Shown here: positions 61,909-64,000 of the stretch, piece after piece
Numbering within the stretch: the first letter of the stretch is position 1
Layout of the letters: each line of letters begins with the position of its first letter
Source of the DNA: Scyliorhinus canicula
Taxonomy: Eukaryota
Assembly: GCF_902713615.1 (NCBI RefSeq)
Contig: NC_052162.1
Location: 71,435,686 to 71,499,685, forward strand
DNA: 64,000 nucleotides
Direction of reading: 5' to 3'
Position numbers and translations under genes: made by a program
The notes under the pieces: model-generated
What the model was told of the DNA's origin: nothing
Databases searched by the model: none
Seen by the model: only the letters and a program-made list of their open reading frames with translations

Positions 61909-64000
61909 TGGTCATCAGCCCCTACATCAGAGTGGATGGTGATCTGAGAAGCATCAAGGAAGAGCAATAACTCAAAAGTGGGCCAATTGTATATGCAGTC
62001 TCCTAATTTGATTAGGAGACTCACAATTGGGAATACCGATTACCAGAAAAGCCCATTGCTTCTAATAACTTGGTTGGCTATTGTCCAAATAAAGTAATTC
62101 ATCACTGTAAAAAGCAGCCCCTGGAGAGCATATGTAAGTTATGTACTTTACGATTAAGTATGCAAAAATCATCATTGTATTGGTAATTGACATAATCATT
62201 ATCATTCATATCATCTGCAAAATTGTTGTTCAGCATCAGTTGAAGTATCGTGGGAAGAGTTCTCAATGGAGCATACTGCTCCTAATTCTGATTTCTACGT
62301 TGCGTTTTTTTAAAATTACCAATGCCATGCTGCATGGTCGGTGGCTGTAGAAATTTTTGTGGCGTTCATTCAGTCAACTCAGTCTTGCCATTGGTTTTAG
62401 TGGAGGTGCAGCGGTGTTAATGTGCGAATGTTTCAGAGAGGGAAACTGCAGGTCAACGTGAAGGTACTCGGAAATAATGAAGTTGCATTCGGAATGGTGC
62501 AGGTTAGGTACGTCATATTTTTTGGGATGTTTGTGCCATAAATTGAGCCTTGTGACATGGGTAATTCTGGATCGTTTTTTTCTTCAAGTAGGTTCCTTTT
62601 TAATTCGTGGCGTATGTGAAATCTGCTTGTCTTCCTGCTGAATCCGTTCTGATCTTTTGCCTCCTCTGCAGCACTAACAGATGTATAATAATACTATTGC
62701 AAGGGTACAGTCTTTTTTTATCAACAAACTCAAGAAAATGGACCAGGTATAGAGTTCCATCTCTGCCAAATCTATTGCCGGTTAGATGACTTTGAGCTTC
62801 CAATTCCATACATGTTTTGGAGGGAAATCAAAAGAAAGTATTGCTTCAATTAGTGGAATCACAATGGTAATGTGCTACCCAAGATTGTTTCCCCCTGGGG
62901 AAGTAGGAAGGACATTTCAACAAGTATAAATTACACTGTCAAGAAATGATGGTATGTTGCTTGTTAATTTTCAACAATGTAGCAGAATAAATATTTTCAT
63001 AACTGGCAGGTTTTCAGTGTTAGCTATGCCTTGTTGTAATAACTCCTCGCTGGATAAGCCTGAAGAAAAGCAATTAAAAGCAATCTGACAGCCGCGCATT
63101 CATTTTGCAAGAGGGCAGCATTCAATAGAGCTAATCTACAATAATCATCATCATTTAATCTACAATAATAATCACCTTTAGAATGCCCAGTGGACCACAT
63201 AGAATGTGGTCCAATGAGCTATGAAGGACAGGTATGCATTTTCTGCCGAGCGATTGTTAATGAGAATAACAGATCCTTTGTTCTTTTTATTATTGACAGC
63301 GTATTTCACATCTTTTTTTTTGCCTGATAGAGAGCTTGCAATGAAAATAGAACCATGGAAAAGCCGTCTACAATGGACAGCTTATCTGCTTTAGAAACGA
63401 TATAACTGGTGCGCCAAAAATGTTAGACATTCCTTAAAGATTGCTTCCTCTGAATTGAAATGCGTCTGGAAGTGAAAGAGTGCCACTTGCTAAATCAGCA
63501 GTGTAATTTTCCTTTCGTCAGAATGATTAGCAGAATATTTTGCCTTGTAAAGATGGTCAGGTGAGATGACTTCTGCACACAGGTCACTTGGCCTCGAAGA
63601 GGATAAAGAAGTACTGCACTGATTCACCTGTTCTGACTGCAGTGTTGCCCTGATCGAGATTGACAATCCTATACAAGAAAACAAAATGGCAACAGTTAGG
63701 TGGTTACACTGAAGAAGCTGAGAGAACTACATTGCGGGAAGTCACATGTGAAGATGTGCCAGAGGTGCAGCTGGCTGATGTCATTCTTAATATAGATCAA
63801 CTGTATTTCGAGCCATTAATAAAAGAAAGCTATTTTGGTTTCAGTCTCTTCTACCCCAACATCAATTAGCAACTATAATCATAACTGTCATTACTTTGAA
63901 ACTGCAGGTGAGTAAGGTGAAGATCAAGTTTGGATTCATTTCATTTATTTAAAACTTGTCACCTGTCTTCTGGTATTAGTGTGATATAAATGCATGGTAT

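Larger units (their letters stand above)
60960..63900 (-). pseudogene. Highly decayed SWIM/YqaJ (lambda-exonuclease-like) accessory gene, convergent with the transposase remnant
   Basis: DLPLGFVEYKFPYSA (61488-61444), then past a MITE LRLDNNYYEQLTM*VTGNK*..KI*KLLSKLEGRYFERV. These parallel GLVEYKCPYS, LK..H.YY.Q..QM.VTG.KW and FW..ML.KL..FY. A weaker SWIM-like HCKLSIRQKK..KYAV..ENAY/CPS remnant lies at ~63200-63350. Confidence 0.55.

Overview
Repeat-dense, gene-poor vertebrate DNA, very likely from an elasmobranch (catshark-like), judging by the many HE1-type SINEs with (TTCTATG)n tails, CR1-type LINEs, Deu-domain SINEs and Penelope elements. I found no intact host gene. Nearly all long ORFs in the supplied track are GC-rich transposon or minisatellite by-products. 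Main structures: (1) a ~17 kb nested block (5.6-22.3 kb) built on an old Gmr1-type Gypsy (integrase before RT), holding a CR1 that holds a second LTR element that holds a Rex1 LINE; (2) inside that inner LTR element, in place of pol, an intronless decayed fragment resembling the host gene ARMC2, suggesting mRNA capture by an LTR retrotransposon; (3) two PIF/Harbinger elements (Myb/SANT gene with or without a HARBI1-like transposase) and about ten related MITEs; (4) at 59.5-64 kb a very decayed fossil of an ISL2EU-type DNA transposon (convergent DDE transposase and SWIM/YqaJ exonuclease) that the ORF track does not show as such; (5) several TE-free, motif-rich islands that may be conserved non-coding elements. 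All family and gene assignments come from motif recognition by eye and need database confirmation. Boundaries without a quoted TSD or TIR are approximate.
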